A DNA stretch of 64,000 nt from an uncultured Spirochaetota bacterium (GTDB lineage: Bacteria; Spirochaetota; Brevinematia; Brevinematales; JAOACQ01), in contig CAVYGN010000002.1 of assembly GCA_963768055.1 (NCBI GenBank), positions 960,001-1,024,000 on the forward strand. Direction: 5' to 3'. Position numbers and translations under genes: made by a program. Shown piece after piece: positions 1-9,638 of the stretch. Numbering within the stretch: position 1 is the stretch's first letter; the number at the start of each line of letters is the position of its first letter. The notes beneath the pieces were generated by a model. It was not told the DNA's origin and searched no databases. It worked only from the letters and a program-made list of their open reading frames with translations.

Positions 1-29
1 TTGATTTTAGCCGGCTCGGTAATTATAAT
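1..29 (+). promoter_or_regulatory. sigma70-type promoter, possibly driving a leaderless mRNA
   Basis: TTGATT (1-6), 17 bp, TATAAT (24-29); ATG at 36 lies 7 nt after the -10, with no Shine-Dalgarno. Confidence 0.5.
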
Positions 30-35
30 TTGCCT

Positions 36-512
36 ATGGATAATAAAGAAGTACTTACCAGGGAAGAGGTCAGACGCCTGATAGAATCGGATCAAAACCC
101 GAAAATAAGGCTGATGCTTATACTTGCCTATTCCGCCGGGCTCACGATAGAAGAGATCCAGGCTCTGAAACCCGGGGATATTGATTTTAATAGGAAAGCC
201 GTTCATATAAAAAAAGGGATCGATAATTCCGGACGGACTGTCGATTTAAGTCAAAACATACTCGACCTGGTAAAACCTTACATAGAAATTTACAGGCCTA
301 CTGCGAGGCTTTTCCCCGGCGGCGATTCGGTTTCTGAAATCACCGAGGGAGCTGTCAGGAACATTTTCAGGGACGCGATGCTCAAAGCCGGGATTAAAAA
401 AGACGCCGGGATAGAGATACTCAGGCGAAGCATTTCAGCCCACCTCATGGAAAGCGGCGCAAGTAAAGAGGAAATCCGCCGGCTGCTGGGCGATCGGATT
501 AAGACGGTTTGA
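36..512 (+). CDS. Tyrosine recombinase (XerD/phage-integrase-like) catalytic domain, catalytic residues degenerate
   Basis: VLTREEVRRL..LAYSAGLT..LKPGDID..AGIKK..ILRRSISAHLMESG..IRRLLGD follows the family pattern, but GLR>GLT, HxLR>EILR, LGH>LGD and there is no C-terminal Tyr; frame is open to the window edge so the start is uncertain. Confidence 0.75.
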   Translation: MDNKEVLTREEVRRLIESDQNPKIRLMLILAYSAGLTIEEIQALKPGDIDFNRKAVHIKKGIDNSGRTVDLSQNILDLVKPYIEIYRPTARLFPGGDSVSEITEGAVRNIFRDAMLKAGIKKDAGIEILRRSISAHLMESGASKEEIRRLLGDRIKTV

Positions 513-1079
513 TTATCCCTCGTTATAGTGGAATTTATAATTTATTTCCCTATCACCCCTTTCTATGGTTTTAATTTTTTCATATGTAATGGATTTTCCT
601 CCGCAGAGCTCGATTAATTTATGAACATATCCCATGAAGGTATTTTCAAAATAAGAGTGATTCATCGGAAGATTATAGAATTCGACTTCCGCCGCTCCCG
701 TTTCGCACTTGATCCTCACGTCCCCCGCGGTATAATAAAGCTTCCAGATGACCGGGAGCGATTCCGTCAATGCACGTTCAATATTTCTATTTTTTAAAAG
801 AACCTTATAAGGGCCGTCAACCAGAGCAAATTCCGCCGACTTTTCCCCCATTGTCCAATAGGCGTTAATATTATTGTTGTAAAACTTCTTCAGCATATGA
901 TCGTTGAACAAAAGATACTTCTCCACAGGGAACATGTCGCTCATTGAAATATCCCTATGGGTTTTAAAAAATTCATCATTTTCCCCGACTTCATTCATCA
1001 ATTCATTAAACTTATCTTCACCGAATTGAGCAATTATGGCTTTTTTCCTGGAGACAAACGCTATTCCTTTTACTTCCAT
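513..1079 (-). CDS. Hypothetical protein, DUF2378/TIGR02265-like (V4R/H-NOX-related)
   Basis: N-terminal VKG motif, mid 'MGEKSAEFALVDGPYK', 'PVIWKLYYTAG'; GGGGGA RBS. Confidence 0.5.
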   Translation of the reverse strand: MEVKGIAFVSRKKAIIAQFGEDKFNELMNEVGENDEFFKTHRDISMSDMFPVEKYLLFNDHMLKKFYNNNINAYWTMGEKSAEFALVDGPYKVLLKNRNIERALTESLPVIWKLYYTAGDVRIKCETGAAEVEFYNLPMNHSYFENTFMGYVHKLIELCGGKSITYEKIKTIERGDREINYKFHYNEG

Positions 1080-1102
1080 AAAAATCCCCCTTATTATTTT
1101 TG

Positions 1103-1723
1103 TTATCTATAAAGCCTGCGTCCAAGCACTACGCAGCCGGCGGACAATATCACAACGCCAAGTATAGCTATATAAACTGAAAGCATCGGCCCGACGGCAT
1201 AAATGATAGCCCCTGAAAAGATCAAAATACCCGAGCTTTTATGAAATTCCTTCGATCGTATCAATGTAATACTGAAAAGAATAACTCCCAGGGCTAAAAA
1301 AGCTTGAAAAATATAATGAAAAAGCGCTATCATAGGATGATGCATAAGAATCGACTCGCTGAAAAGCGGGATTGACGGGGTATGGCTTAAAATTGCAGGA
1401 TAAACGAAGATTTCCCATGTGATCTGGCATGCCTGCAGTATATAAGCCGTGACTACAAATAGAAAGCCGAGGAAACCGATGACCCCGGAATTGGAATAAA
1501 TAAGGGAATATACTGCAGTAAATCCGTAAATCATCAATAAAACCCCGATAAAGGCGATCGTGGCTATCCAGACCCAGTTCTGATTAAGCACCATCGCAGA
1601 GGGATCCTTTGCTCTCTGGGCCACGGGCAGAAGGGTTGTCCAGAAAATCGCCCATAGCGTCAGGAATATGGAACCGGTAATAAGAGCAACGCCGCCGAAC
1701 TTTTGAATTGTCGAGAGTTTCAT
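1103..1723 (-). CDS. Integral membrane protein of unknown function (~6 TM)
   Basis: Multiple hydrophobic segments; GGAGG RBS before the ATG at 1723 (MKLSTIQK) rather than the ORF-track start at 1807. Confidence 0.7.
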   Translation of the reverse strand: MKLSTIQKFGGVALITGSIFLTLWAIFWTTLLPVAQRAKDPSAMVLNQNWVWIATIAFIGVLLMIYGFTAVYSLIYSNSGVIGFLGFLFVVTAYILQACQITWEIFVYPAILSHTPSIPLFSESILMHHPMIALFHYIFQAFLALGVILFSITLIRSKEFHKSSGILIFSGAIIYAVGPMLSVYIAILGVVILSAGCVVLGRRLYR

Positions 1724-1865
1724 AAATCCTCCATATTTTAACAATACTGATTTTGTATAAGTAATTATAAATAAAGAGTAAATATTTTTCAAATAGCGCT
1801 GAGGCAATCTTTTTGACTATTTCAACAAAGTTAAATAACATTGTTTAAAAAATAGCGGAGTCTAT

Positions 1866-2135
1866 ATGAGAAAATATGTATTCTTTTAAATTATAGCGAT
1901 AGCTTTTATGGGTTTAAAAATAAGCCTCATTTCAGGGCAGAACAACGGCGACTATTATCCCGGCGAAATCTGGCAGACTTCCACCCCTGAAGCTCAGGGT
2001 ATGGATTCGGGATATCTGATCAATATGCTGGATTATATTAAGTCGAATAATCTGGACATCCACAGTGTAATAATTATCCGGCATGGATATGTAATTGTAG
2101 AAGCTTATTCAGACCTGGAAAACGGCCACTGGTGA
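1866..2135 (+). pseudogene. Remnant of an exported serine hydrolase (beta-lactamase/AmpC-like family N-terminus)
   Basis: YYPGEIWQTSTPEAQGMDS..IHSVIIIRHGYVIVEAY is the typical family N-terminus; in-frame TAA at 1887 in the signal peptide; ends before the SxxK motif. Confidence 0.75.
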
Positions 2136-2219
2136 ATGGCATCAGGAATTTACAGGGAAAATAGTACAATAAATCGGACAATAATTGTATAAAAAATAAC
2201 CTTGATGGAGGATAGTTGC

Positions 2220-3338
2220 ATGAAAAATATTTTAGCAATGAAATGTTCCCGGAAATATATTTTATTTCCATGCATAATAACCGTAATTATTATTTTAACT
2301 TCATGTATTGATCTGGAATCCTTTTATGCCGAACCGGATGATACTGCCGTAGCCGGTTTACCGGTTCGGCAGGAAATTCTCACTTTTACCAACTCAGGGG
2401 TGCGGGGCATTTATCCTGCTGGTTCGCCGGTCGCCAGGTATGGCAAACTTAAAATAGTCGGTACACAGCTATGTGATGAATATGGTAATCCTGTACAGCT
2501 TCGGGGATTATTTCTGCGCGGCCTGAACTATGAAGCAAAATACATAAACTATGAAGCTATTTCCTATCTTTCAAAAAAATGGAAAATGGATGTCCTGAGA
2601 ATCCCTCTCTGGACAATAGGCGGAAGTTGGGGTTCGGTCAGCGAACCCGGATATTTATCTGACCTGTCTCTTGAAGAATATATAAAGGATGCTGTAAGGA
2701 TCACTGAAGAATGCGGAATTTACTGCATCATCGATTGGCATATTCTCTATGACGGCGATCCGAATCTGCATAAGCTCAATGCCTATGATTTCTTTAAAAG
2801 AATGGCGTTCCTGTATGGATCAAAAAAACATGTTATTTATGAAATCTGCAATGAGCCCAATCATGTAAAATGGGGCAGCAGGATTAAACCTTACGCCGAG
2901 TATATCATACCTGCAATCCGTGCAGGCGATTCCAATGCGGTTATAATCGTCGGCACGGAGTTCTGGAGCATCGACCAGCATCATGCAGCCGCAGATCCTC
3001 TAAAATATGAAAATATAATGTATGCCGCACATTTTTATACCGATTTTCCTCTCGCGATCACAAACCGGATTACAGCCGAATTATCAAATATTGCTATTTT
3101 CAGCACAGAATGGGGAACCGCGGGATCGAACCCCACAATGCCTATCAATTTATATATTGCCCGGCTCTGGGTAAATTTTTTGAATAGTAAAAATATCAGC
3201 TGGTGCAACTATTCCCTTTCCGATTTGAATGAGACGACGTCCTTTTTTAGGAAAGAGGCTAAAACAAACGGCGGATGGGAAGAAGAAGATTTAACAGAAT
3301 CCGGAAGATTCGTAAGGGACTTGATGACAAACCGCTAA
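2220..3338 (+). CDS. Glycoside hydrolase family 5 (cellulase/endoglucanase-like), probable lipoprotein
   Basis: G(N)PVQLRG, IIDWH, YEICNEP (acid/base), HFY, STEWG (nucleophile), ISWCNY; lipobox-like LTSC; GGAGG before ATG 2220. Confidence 0.9.
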   Translation: MKNILAMKCSRKYILFPCIITVIIILTSCIDLESFYAEPDDTAVAGLPVRQEILTFTNSGVRGIYPAGSPVARYGKLKIVGTQLCDEYGNPVQLRGLFLRGLNYEAKYINYEAISYLSKKWKMDVLRIPLWTIGGSWGSVSEPGYLSDLSLEEYIKDAVRITEECGIYCIIDWHILYDGDPNLHKLNAYDFFKRMAFLYGSKKHVIYEICNEPNHVKWGSRIKPYAEYIIPAIRAGDSNAVIIVGTEFWSIDQHHAAADPLKYENIMYAAHFYTDFPLAITNRITAELSNIAIFSTEWGTAGSNPTMPINLYIARLWVNFLNSKNISWCNYSLSDLNETTSFFRKEAKTNGGWEEEDLTESGRFVRDLMTNR

Positions 3339-3348
3339 ATACCTGAGT

Positions 3349-4227
3349 TTAAAATAGCCTGCCCTCAGCTATTTTCATCACCTGTCCGCCGATATTTACG
3401 GTTATTTTCTCTTCTACTTTTTCCGCTTTCAGGTACAGTAATGATTTCCTGCCGATTTCATAACCCTGCTCGACTTTTATGTCAATACCGCCCGTTTTAA
3501 AATAATCATATTTAACAAGGTAGCCGGCCAGGCATCCGTTGGCGCTCCCCGTGGCAGGGTCCTCGGGAATTCCGTAGGAGATATCCGCAAACATCCTGCA
3601 ATTAATTTGATTATCCGCTTCATAAGTTTCAGGACAAAACAGGAAAAGGGGCATTGGCGAACCTGTACTGAAATATTTCTTATAAGCGCCAATATTTGTA
3701 GAGGATTTTTTAACCGAGCTTAATTTTTTTAATGGTATTATGATAAAGAGCATTCCGGTTGATACTTCCTGGATTGGGTAACGGCCGTCGATTTCATCAG
3801 GATCGATATTTATGATTTCTGAAATTGCATGAGGGTCAAAAGTTTTACCGAATTCCGGATTCTTTTGTCTCATCCACAATATTTCCTTATCCTTGCTTCC
3901 TTGGAATGAAACCGGGATAACCCCAATCTTTAAATTCAGGTTAATTTGACCGGTGAATCCATGAAGAATTTCCTTTCCTATTATATATGCCGTACCAAGC
4001 GTCGGATGTCCGGCAAATGGGACCTCTTCCTTCGGTGTAAAAATACGGACATTGAAATCTTCATCGCTATTTTTGTACTTTAAAATAAATGAGGTTTCAG
4101 AAAAATGAAACTCGGATGCGATATCCTGCATCATTCCGGACGATATTTCTTCCTCCAGTATAACTACCGCAAGCTGGTTGCCCGAGTATTTATTCCGGCA
4201 GAAAACATCGACAATAAAATAATCCAT
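3349..4227 (-). CDS. PhzF family epimerase/isomerase
   Basis: VDVF..GNQLAV, SETSF, RIFTP.EE.PFAGHPT, EDPATGSA, EQG.EIGR. Confidence 0.93.
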   Translation of the reverse strand: MDYFIVDVFCRNKYSGNQLAVVILEEEISSGMMQDIASEFHFSETSFILKYKNSDEDFNVRIFTPKEEVPFAGHPTLGTAYIIGKEILHGFTGQINLNLKIGVIPVSFQGSKDKEILWMRQKNPEFGKTFDPHAISEIINIDPDEIDGRYPIQEVSTGMLFIIIPLKKLSSVKKSSTNIGAYKKYFSTGSPMPLFLFCPETYEADNQINCRMFADISYGIPEDPATGSANGCLAGYLVKYDYFKTGGIDIKVEQGYEIGRKSLLYLKAEKVEEKITVNIGGQVMKIAEGRLF

Positions 4228-4288
4228 CTATTACTCCTTTTTTTATTATTAATATATCATATTTTTACACTGCAATAACAGCCGGAGA

Positions 4289-5071
4289 TCATTTATAACC
4301 GATAAAAAAAAGCCTCTTGAAAGGGAAAAGGACCTTGCCGTTTTTTTGAGCCGGGTAATCCTTTTGTATTTCGGCAAGTACCGCGGCTTCGAATGTTATT
4401 CTTTCATCTCCGGTTTCCAGTCGCTCTAAATAGGGCCTCATCCCGGTTGATTTAATCATCTCGAATATGGAACAATGCGAATCAAGGATATGTATATAAT
4501 CTGTCGCCCAGATATCGACCGATCTGAAATAACCTGACAGAACATCGTAATAATAGCCGGGATCATGCATAGTGAAAATGCCGGAACACCCTCCGGCAAG
4601 AGATTTCCAGGTCCCTTTATCGGCTAAATATTCAAGGGATTTTCCGACAGGCATATCGAAAAACAGGGGCAATTGGACGGCGAGGACTCCTTTTTCAGTA
4701 AGAAACCCGCTGAATTTACTTATCAGGCCCTCATGGTCGTCGAGCCATTGGAAGGCGGCGTTAGAAAAAGCCACATCGAATTTCTTATTGGAAACATATT
4801 CATGCGCATCCGCAAGTATCCATTCCTGGCCGGGGTAATCATGCTTTGCCTGATCGATCATGCCGGGCGAATTGTCGATACCGACCAGCCGGCTGGCTGG
4901 CCATCTATGCAGAAGAGCCTGGCCGCTGTTTCCGGGCCCGCAGCCGATATCGATCAAAGAGCCTGGAACATAATCGATATCAATCCTGTCGGCTAAATCG
5001 ATGGAGGGCCGGTTTCTTTCATCTTTAAATTTAAGGTATAATCCGGGATCCCAGTCATTTTTTTGAGGCAT
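4289..5071 (-). CDS. tam: Trans-aconitate 2-methyltransferase-like SAM methyltransferase
   Basis: WDP.LYLKF..ER.RP, DIGCGPGNS, SNAAFQW, STGMRPYL, FPFKRLF. Confidence 0.85.
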   Translation of the reverse strand: MPQKNDWDPGLYLKFKDERNRPSIDLADRIDIDYVPGSLIDIGCGPGNSGQALLHRWPASRLVGIDNSPGMIDQAKHDYPGQEWILADAHEYVSNKKFDVAFSNAAFQWLDDHEGLISKFSGFLTEKGVLAVQLPLFFDMPVGKSLEYLADKGTWKSLAGGCSGIFTMHDPGYYYDVLSGYFRSVDIWATDYIHILDSHCSIFEMIKSTGMRPYLERLETGDERITFEAAVLAEIQKDYPAQKNGKVLFPFKRLFFIGYK

Positions 5072-5273
5072 ATTGAATCTCCTTAAATGATATTACATAT
5101 ACTGTATATGCTTTAGCATATATTAAGTCATAAAAAACCATTTGTCAATATAAATTTTATTTTTCTGCAAAATATTTATAGAATGTAAAGAATGGGTATA
5201 ATCCAAAAAATGAAAATTTCTAATAATTGATTTAAAATATTGATAAGAAATATAATATGTTTAGGAGCGATAG

Positions 5274-6137
5274 ATGAGCAGCCCGATAATTCTGGATGGA
5301 ACGGCTTACGCAAAGGAGATTAATGAAACGCTGAAGGCCCGCGTGAATACGATAAAAGAAATATCGGGCACAACTCCGATACTTGCGGCAATCCTTGTAG
5401 GGGACGATCCTGCGTCCATAACATATGTTAAAATGAAGGGGAATGACTGCAAAAGGGCCGGGATGGAATCATTGAAAGTTGAACTACCCGGAAACACAAC
5501 GACCGGGCAATTAATTGCGGAGATAGAAAAACTTAATAAAAACAACAATGTGCATGGCATACTTCTTCAGCATCCTGTCCCCCGGGGAATCGATGAAAGC
5601 AAATGTTTCAATGCAATTGATTACCGGAAAGATGTCGATGGAGTCACTTACACTTCTTTTGCAAAAGTTGCGATGAATGAAATGCTTTTTGGCAGCGCAA
5701 CCCCGCTTGGAATTATCCGTCTGCTCGATAAGTACAAGATCCAGATCGAGGGCAGGGAGGCCGTGGTTGTGGGAAGGAGCCCTATATTAGGAAAGCCTAT
5801 GGCAATGATGCTGCTGAATAAAAATGCAACGGTTACGATCTGTCATTCGAAGACAAGGAACATTAAAGACGTTGTTAAAAGGGCTGATATTGTCGTTGCA
5901 GCCGTTGGAATTCCGAAATTCATAAAGGCGGATTGGGTAAAGGAAAATTCCATTGTAGTTGACGCGGGTTATAACGAAGGCAATGTAGGTGACACGGACC
6001 TCGACAATATAAAAGATAAGGTTTACGCCTATACCCCCGTTCCGGGAGGTGTGGGCCCGATGACCAGGATCACTCTGATAGAACAGACAGTCAGGTCGGC
6101 GGAACTGAAATTCGGGATAGATCCGGAGGTTAAATAA
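5274..6137 (+). CDS. folD: Methylenetetrahydrofolate dehydrogenase/cyclohydrolase
   Basis: LVGDDPAS.TYV..K, KDVDG, GRSPILGKP, TPVPGGVGPMT. Confidence 0.97.
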   Translation: MSSPIILDGTAYAKEINETLKARVNTIKEISGTTPILAAILVGDDPASITYVKMKGNDCKRAGMESLKVELPGNTTTGQLIAEIEKLNKNNNVHGILLQHPVPRGIDESKCFNAIDYRKDVDGVTYTSFAKVAMNEMLFGSATPLGIIRLLDKYKIQIEGREAVVVGRSPILGKPMAMMLLNKNATVTICHSKTRNIKDVVKRADIVVAAVGIPKFIKADWVKENSIVVDAGYNEGNVGDTDLDNIKDKVYAYTPVPGGVGPMTRITLIEQTVRSAELKFGIDPEVK

Positions 6138-7573
6138 TGGAATACGAGGCTGTAATAGGACTTGAAGTCCATGTTCAGTTGAATACCCTCACAAAAATTT
6201 TCTGCTCTTGTTCAACGCAATTTGGAACTCCTCCTAATACGCATGTATGCCCGGTATGCATGGGCCAGCCGGGAGTCTTGCCTGTTTTGAATTCAGAGGC
6301 ACTGGAAAAGGCCGTTAAAGCGGGGTTGTCCCTAAACTGCGAAGTGCCTTCATTTTCTAAATTCGACAGAAAAAATTATTTTTACCCGGATCTTCCAAAA
6401 GGTTACCAGATATCGCAGTTCGATTTTCCAATCTCCAAGAATGGCTTCATAGATATCGACCTTTCCGGAGGAAATGTAAAAAGGATAGGAATAACGAGGG
6501 CTCATATGGAGGAAGACGCCGGAAAGCTCATTCATGAGGAAGGTCGTCCTTACAGCCTTGTCGATCTCAACAGGGCAGGGGTCCCCCTTCTGGAGATCGT
6601 TTCCGAGCCGGATATGCGTACAAGCGAAGAGGCTTACAACTATTTGAAAGAACTGAGAAGCATCATGAAATACATAGGGGTAAGCGATGTCAATATGGAA
6701 GAAGGCAGTCTCCGTTGCGATGCAAATATTTCGATCAGGCCCCTTGGTGAAAAAAAATTGGGGACGAAAGTAGAAGTGAAAAACATGAACTCCTTTAATG
6801 GAGTCAGGCATGCAATTGATTATGAAATTGAAAGGCAAAAAGAAATACTTTCCGGCGGGAAACCGGTCGATCAGGAAACCCGGACATTTGACGCTCCTTC
6901 CGGCAAAACTTTTCCCATGAGGAGTAAGGAAGAGGCTAACGATTACCGATATTTCCCTGAGCCGGACCTTCCTCCAATAAGAATGAAACCCGGAACTGTT
7001 GACAGGATCAGGAAATCTATCCCCGAACTGCCGAGGGCTAGGAAGCTCCGTTTTATTGAAGAATATATGATTACAGCCCAGGATGCGGAAACCCTTACGG
7101 ATGAAAAAGAGCTTGCGGTTTATTTCGAAGAAGTTGCCGGAAAAACGAAGGCCGGGCCTAAAAAGGCTGCAAACTGGATATTATCTGAGATGAACGCACA
7201 AATTAATTCCATGAAAATCCCCATTGATAAGTTTCAAAAAAAGGTGCCGGTGGAAAACATCATTGATCTTCTGGATCTTGTCGAAGAAGGGACCATAAGC
7301 GGTAAAATGGCGAAGGATATATATGCCGAAATGGCCTCTTCAGGGAAAAAAGCCGGAGAAATAATCGGCGCGAAGGGTTTAAAACAGATCTCCGATGCCG
7401 ATGAAATTGAGAAAGTCGTTGATCGGGTCATAGCCGGCCACCCCGCTGAAGTAAAGAAATTTAAAGATGGCAACGATAAACTGATCGGATTTTTTGTAGG
7501 CGAAGTCATGAAAGCTACCGGAGGGCAGGCGAACCCGAAAGCGGTTAATGAAATCCTGAGGAAAAAGCTTTGA
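6137..7573 (+). CDS. gatB: Asp/Glu-tRNA amidotransferase subunit B
   Basis: IGLEVHVQL, RKNYFYPDLPKGYQISQ, EEDAGK, DYRYFPEPDL. Confidence 0.98.
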   Translation: MEYEAVIGLEVHVQLNTLTKIFCSCSTQFGTPPNTHVCPVCMGQPGVLPVLNSEALEKAVKAGLSLNCEVPSFSKFDRKNYFYPDLPKGYQISQFDFPISKNGFIDIDLSGGNVKRIGITRAHMEEDAGKLIHEEGRPYSLVDLNRAGVPLLEIVSEPDMRTSEEAYNYLKELRSIMKYIGVSDVNMEEGSLRCDANISIRPLGEKKLGTKVEVKNMNSFNGVRHAIDYEIERQKEILSGGKPVDQETRTFDAPSGKTFPMRSKEEANDYRYFPEPDLPPIRMKPGTVDRIRKSIPELPRARKLRFIEEYMITAQDAETLTDEKELAVYFEEVAGKTKAGPKKAANWILSEMNAQINSMKIPIDKFQKKVPVENIIDLLDLVEEGTISGKMAKDIYAEMASSGKKAGEIIGAKGLKQISDADEIEKVVDRVIAGHPAEVKKFKDGNDKLIGFFVGEVMKATGGQANPKAVNEILRKKL

Positions 7574-8637
7574 AACTTCTCTTCTGTTTCATATTTCTTT
7601 CAGTCCAGGCGTTGCCCGGAACTTTGTCCTTCACAGAGGATAACATAGTTATCAATGCCGTCGGCGATATAATGCTCGGCACCCTCTACCCGTATCCACA
7701 ACTACCTCCGGACAGGGGAACTTCGGAAATAAAATTCATTGAACCCTATATGACAAACGGAAGTCCGGACCTTGTCCTGGCTAATCTCGAGGGGGCGGCT
7801 ACATATTACAGCAATACTTCTAAGGATGTAAGCAAGGGGGATAACTGGGCTTTCCAGATACCGCCGGATTACATGCAGCTTTTAAGGAATGCCCATATCT
7901 CCGCTGTAAACCAGGCGAATAATCACGCGATGGATTTCGGAGAGAGGGGCTTTCTGGATACAAGAAAGAACCTCGACCGCTTTGGAATAAAATATACGGG
8001 CCTGAAAAACGAGATATTAACTTACAATATCAGGGGACACAGGATTGCAATAATAGGATTTTCCTGGTTCGATTATTCAAATAATCTGTTAAAACCGAAA
8101 GAATTCGTGCCTTTCATTAAAATGGTTTCATTGTCAAACGATATCGTAATAGTCGAAGTTCACGGGGGAGGCGAGGGTGAAGAATTCCTCCATCTCAGAA
8201 ATGTAATGGATTATTACGGTGACGGGAAGAGGGGAAATATGATCGAGTTCGCCCGCCTGGCAATTGAGAGCGGTGCATCGCTCATACTTGGCTCAAGCCC
8301 GCATGTGGTCAGGGCGATGGAAATCTACAAAAAAAAGCTGATAGCTTATTCGCTCGGGAATTTTATCACATATAAGATGATGCGTACTGACGGTTCGAGG
8401 AAATACTCGCTTATACTAAGCGCCGTTCTCGACGCCGGGGGAGATTTCATTTCAGGCAGAATAATTCCCGTTGTTCAGTATCCTGAAGGGGAGCTAAAGG
8501 GTGTGCCGAAGTACGATGATAACGGCAGCACAATAAAACTCATAGCCTTACTTTCGAAAAGCGATATAAAAAACAATCCTCTTATTATTTCCGAAGATGG
8601 CGTACTATCAAAGAAACCCGATGGACAGATAAAATGA
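7570..8637 (+). CDS. CapA/PgsA family metallophosphoesterase-like protein
   Basis: AVGDIM, NLEG, ANNHAMDFG, HGGGE, PHV, YSLGNF. Confidence 0.9.
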   Translation: MKLLFCFIFLSVQALPGTLSFTEDNIVINAVGDIMLGTLYPYPQLPPDRGTSEIKFIEPYMTNGSPDLVLANLEGAATYYSNTSKDVSKGDNWAFQIPPDYMQLLRNAHISAVNQANNHAMDFGERGFLDTRKNLDRFGIKYTGLKNEILTYNIRGHRIAIIGFSWFDYSNNLLKPKEFVPFIKMVSLSNDIVIVEVHGGGEGEEFLHLRNVMDYYGDGKRGNMIEFARLAIESGASLILGSSPHVVRAMEIYKKKLIAYSLGNFITYKMMRTDGSRKYSLILSAVLDAGGDFISGRIIPVVQYPEGELKGVPKYDDNGSTIKLIALLSKSDIKNNPLIISEDGVLSKKPDGQIK

Positions 8638-9623
8638 AGATATCGATAATCGGAGCCGGTGGATGGGGAACTGCCCTGGCAATTACCGCCTCCCGGGATA
8701 ACGATGTTATTCTCTGGGCTTACAGCAGCAATGAGATTATACAGCTTATCGGCGGCAGGGAAAATACGGACTACCTGCCCGGGGTTAAGATTCCTGAAAA
8801 TATTCTGATTACAGACGATGCTAAAAGGGCGTCAAACGCAGATATTATGATATTTGCCGTTCCCTCGAAATTTATGAGGATTACCGCGGGAAGATTTACA
8901 TCCTTGTTAAATTCACGGATTATAATGGTTAGTGCGGCAAAGGGGCTGGAATTTCCTTCAGAAAAAAGGATGAGCGAGGTTATAAAAGAGGTTTTAAAAC
9001 CGGCATCCGATATAGTGGTAATTTCAGGGCCTTCTCATGCCGAAGAGGTAGCAAGGGGCATTCCGACAAGCATTGTAGCAGCTTCTAAAAACGAAGAGAA
9101 TGCTTATGCCGTACAGAAAGCCCTTTCGACTGAAAATTTCAGGCTTTACACGAATGCCGATGTATTGGGTGTAGAAACGGCAGGGGCTGTGAAAAACGTT
9201 ATCGCAATAGCAGCCGGCATTCTTAGGGGACTGGGGCTCGGGGATAACACTATGGCGGCGCTTTTAACGAGAGGCCTTGCTGAAATGAAAAGGTTGGGAA
9301 TGAGGCTGGGGGCCAGTGAAGAAACCTTTACGGGACTGGCGGGTATGGGAGACCTTATCGTCACATGTATTAGCTCTTATAGCCGGAATGGAAGGGTCGG
9401 GGAAGAACTGGCGGCAGGAAAACCGATTGAAAAGATCGTCTCATCAATGAAAATGGTCGCTGAAGGGGTTGAAACAGTGAAAACCATAATGCAGATGGAA
9501 AAGGAACTTGGTTTAGACCTGCCTATTTCCCATGCCGTTTATGATATTCTGGAGAAAAAAGTAACGCCCGCGGAGGCTCTTAAAAACCTCATGGCCAGGC
9601 CTTTAAAGGATGAATCCATATAA
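8634..9623 (+). CDS. gpsA: NAD(P)H-dependent glycerol-3-phosphate dehydrogenase
   Basis: GAGGWGTALA, SGPSHAEEV, KNVIAIA, GLAGMGDL..TC.S..SRN. Confidence 0.97.
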   Translation: MKISIIGAGGWGTALAITASRDNDVILWAYSSNEIIQLIGGRENTDYLPGVKIPENILITDDAKRASNADIMIFAVPSKFMRITAGRFTSLLNSRIIMVSAAKGLEFPSEKRMSEVIKEVLKPASDIVVISGPSHAEEVARGIPTSIVAASKNEENAYAVQKALSTENFRLYTNADVLGVETAGAVKNVIAIAAGILRGLGLGDNTMAALLTRGLAEMKRLGMRLGASEETFTGLAGMGDLIVTCISSYSRNGRVGEELAAGKPIEKIVSSMKMVAEGVETVKTIMQMEKELGLDLPISHAVYDILEKKVTPAEALKNLMARPLKDESI

Positions 9624-9638
9624 CAGGGAGATGAAAAG

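Noticed and set aside
1..5100. Integron (integrase followed by cassette-like genes)
   Set aside because: The recombinase lacks catalytic residues and the IntI-specific insertion, and I saw no attC-like repeats between the downstream genes.
7570..8637. Poly-gamma-glutamate capsule locus (two CapA paralogs in the window)
   Set aside because: No capB or capC lies beside either copy; stand-alone CapA-domain proteins are common.
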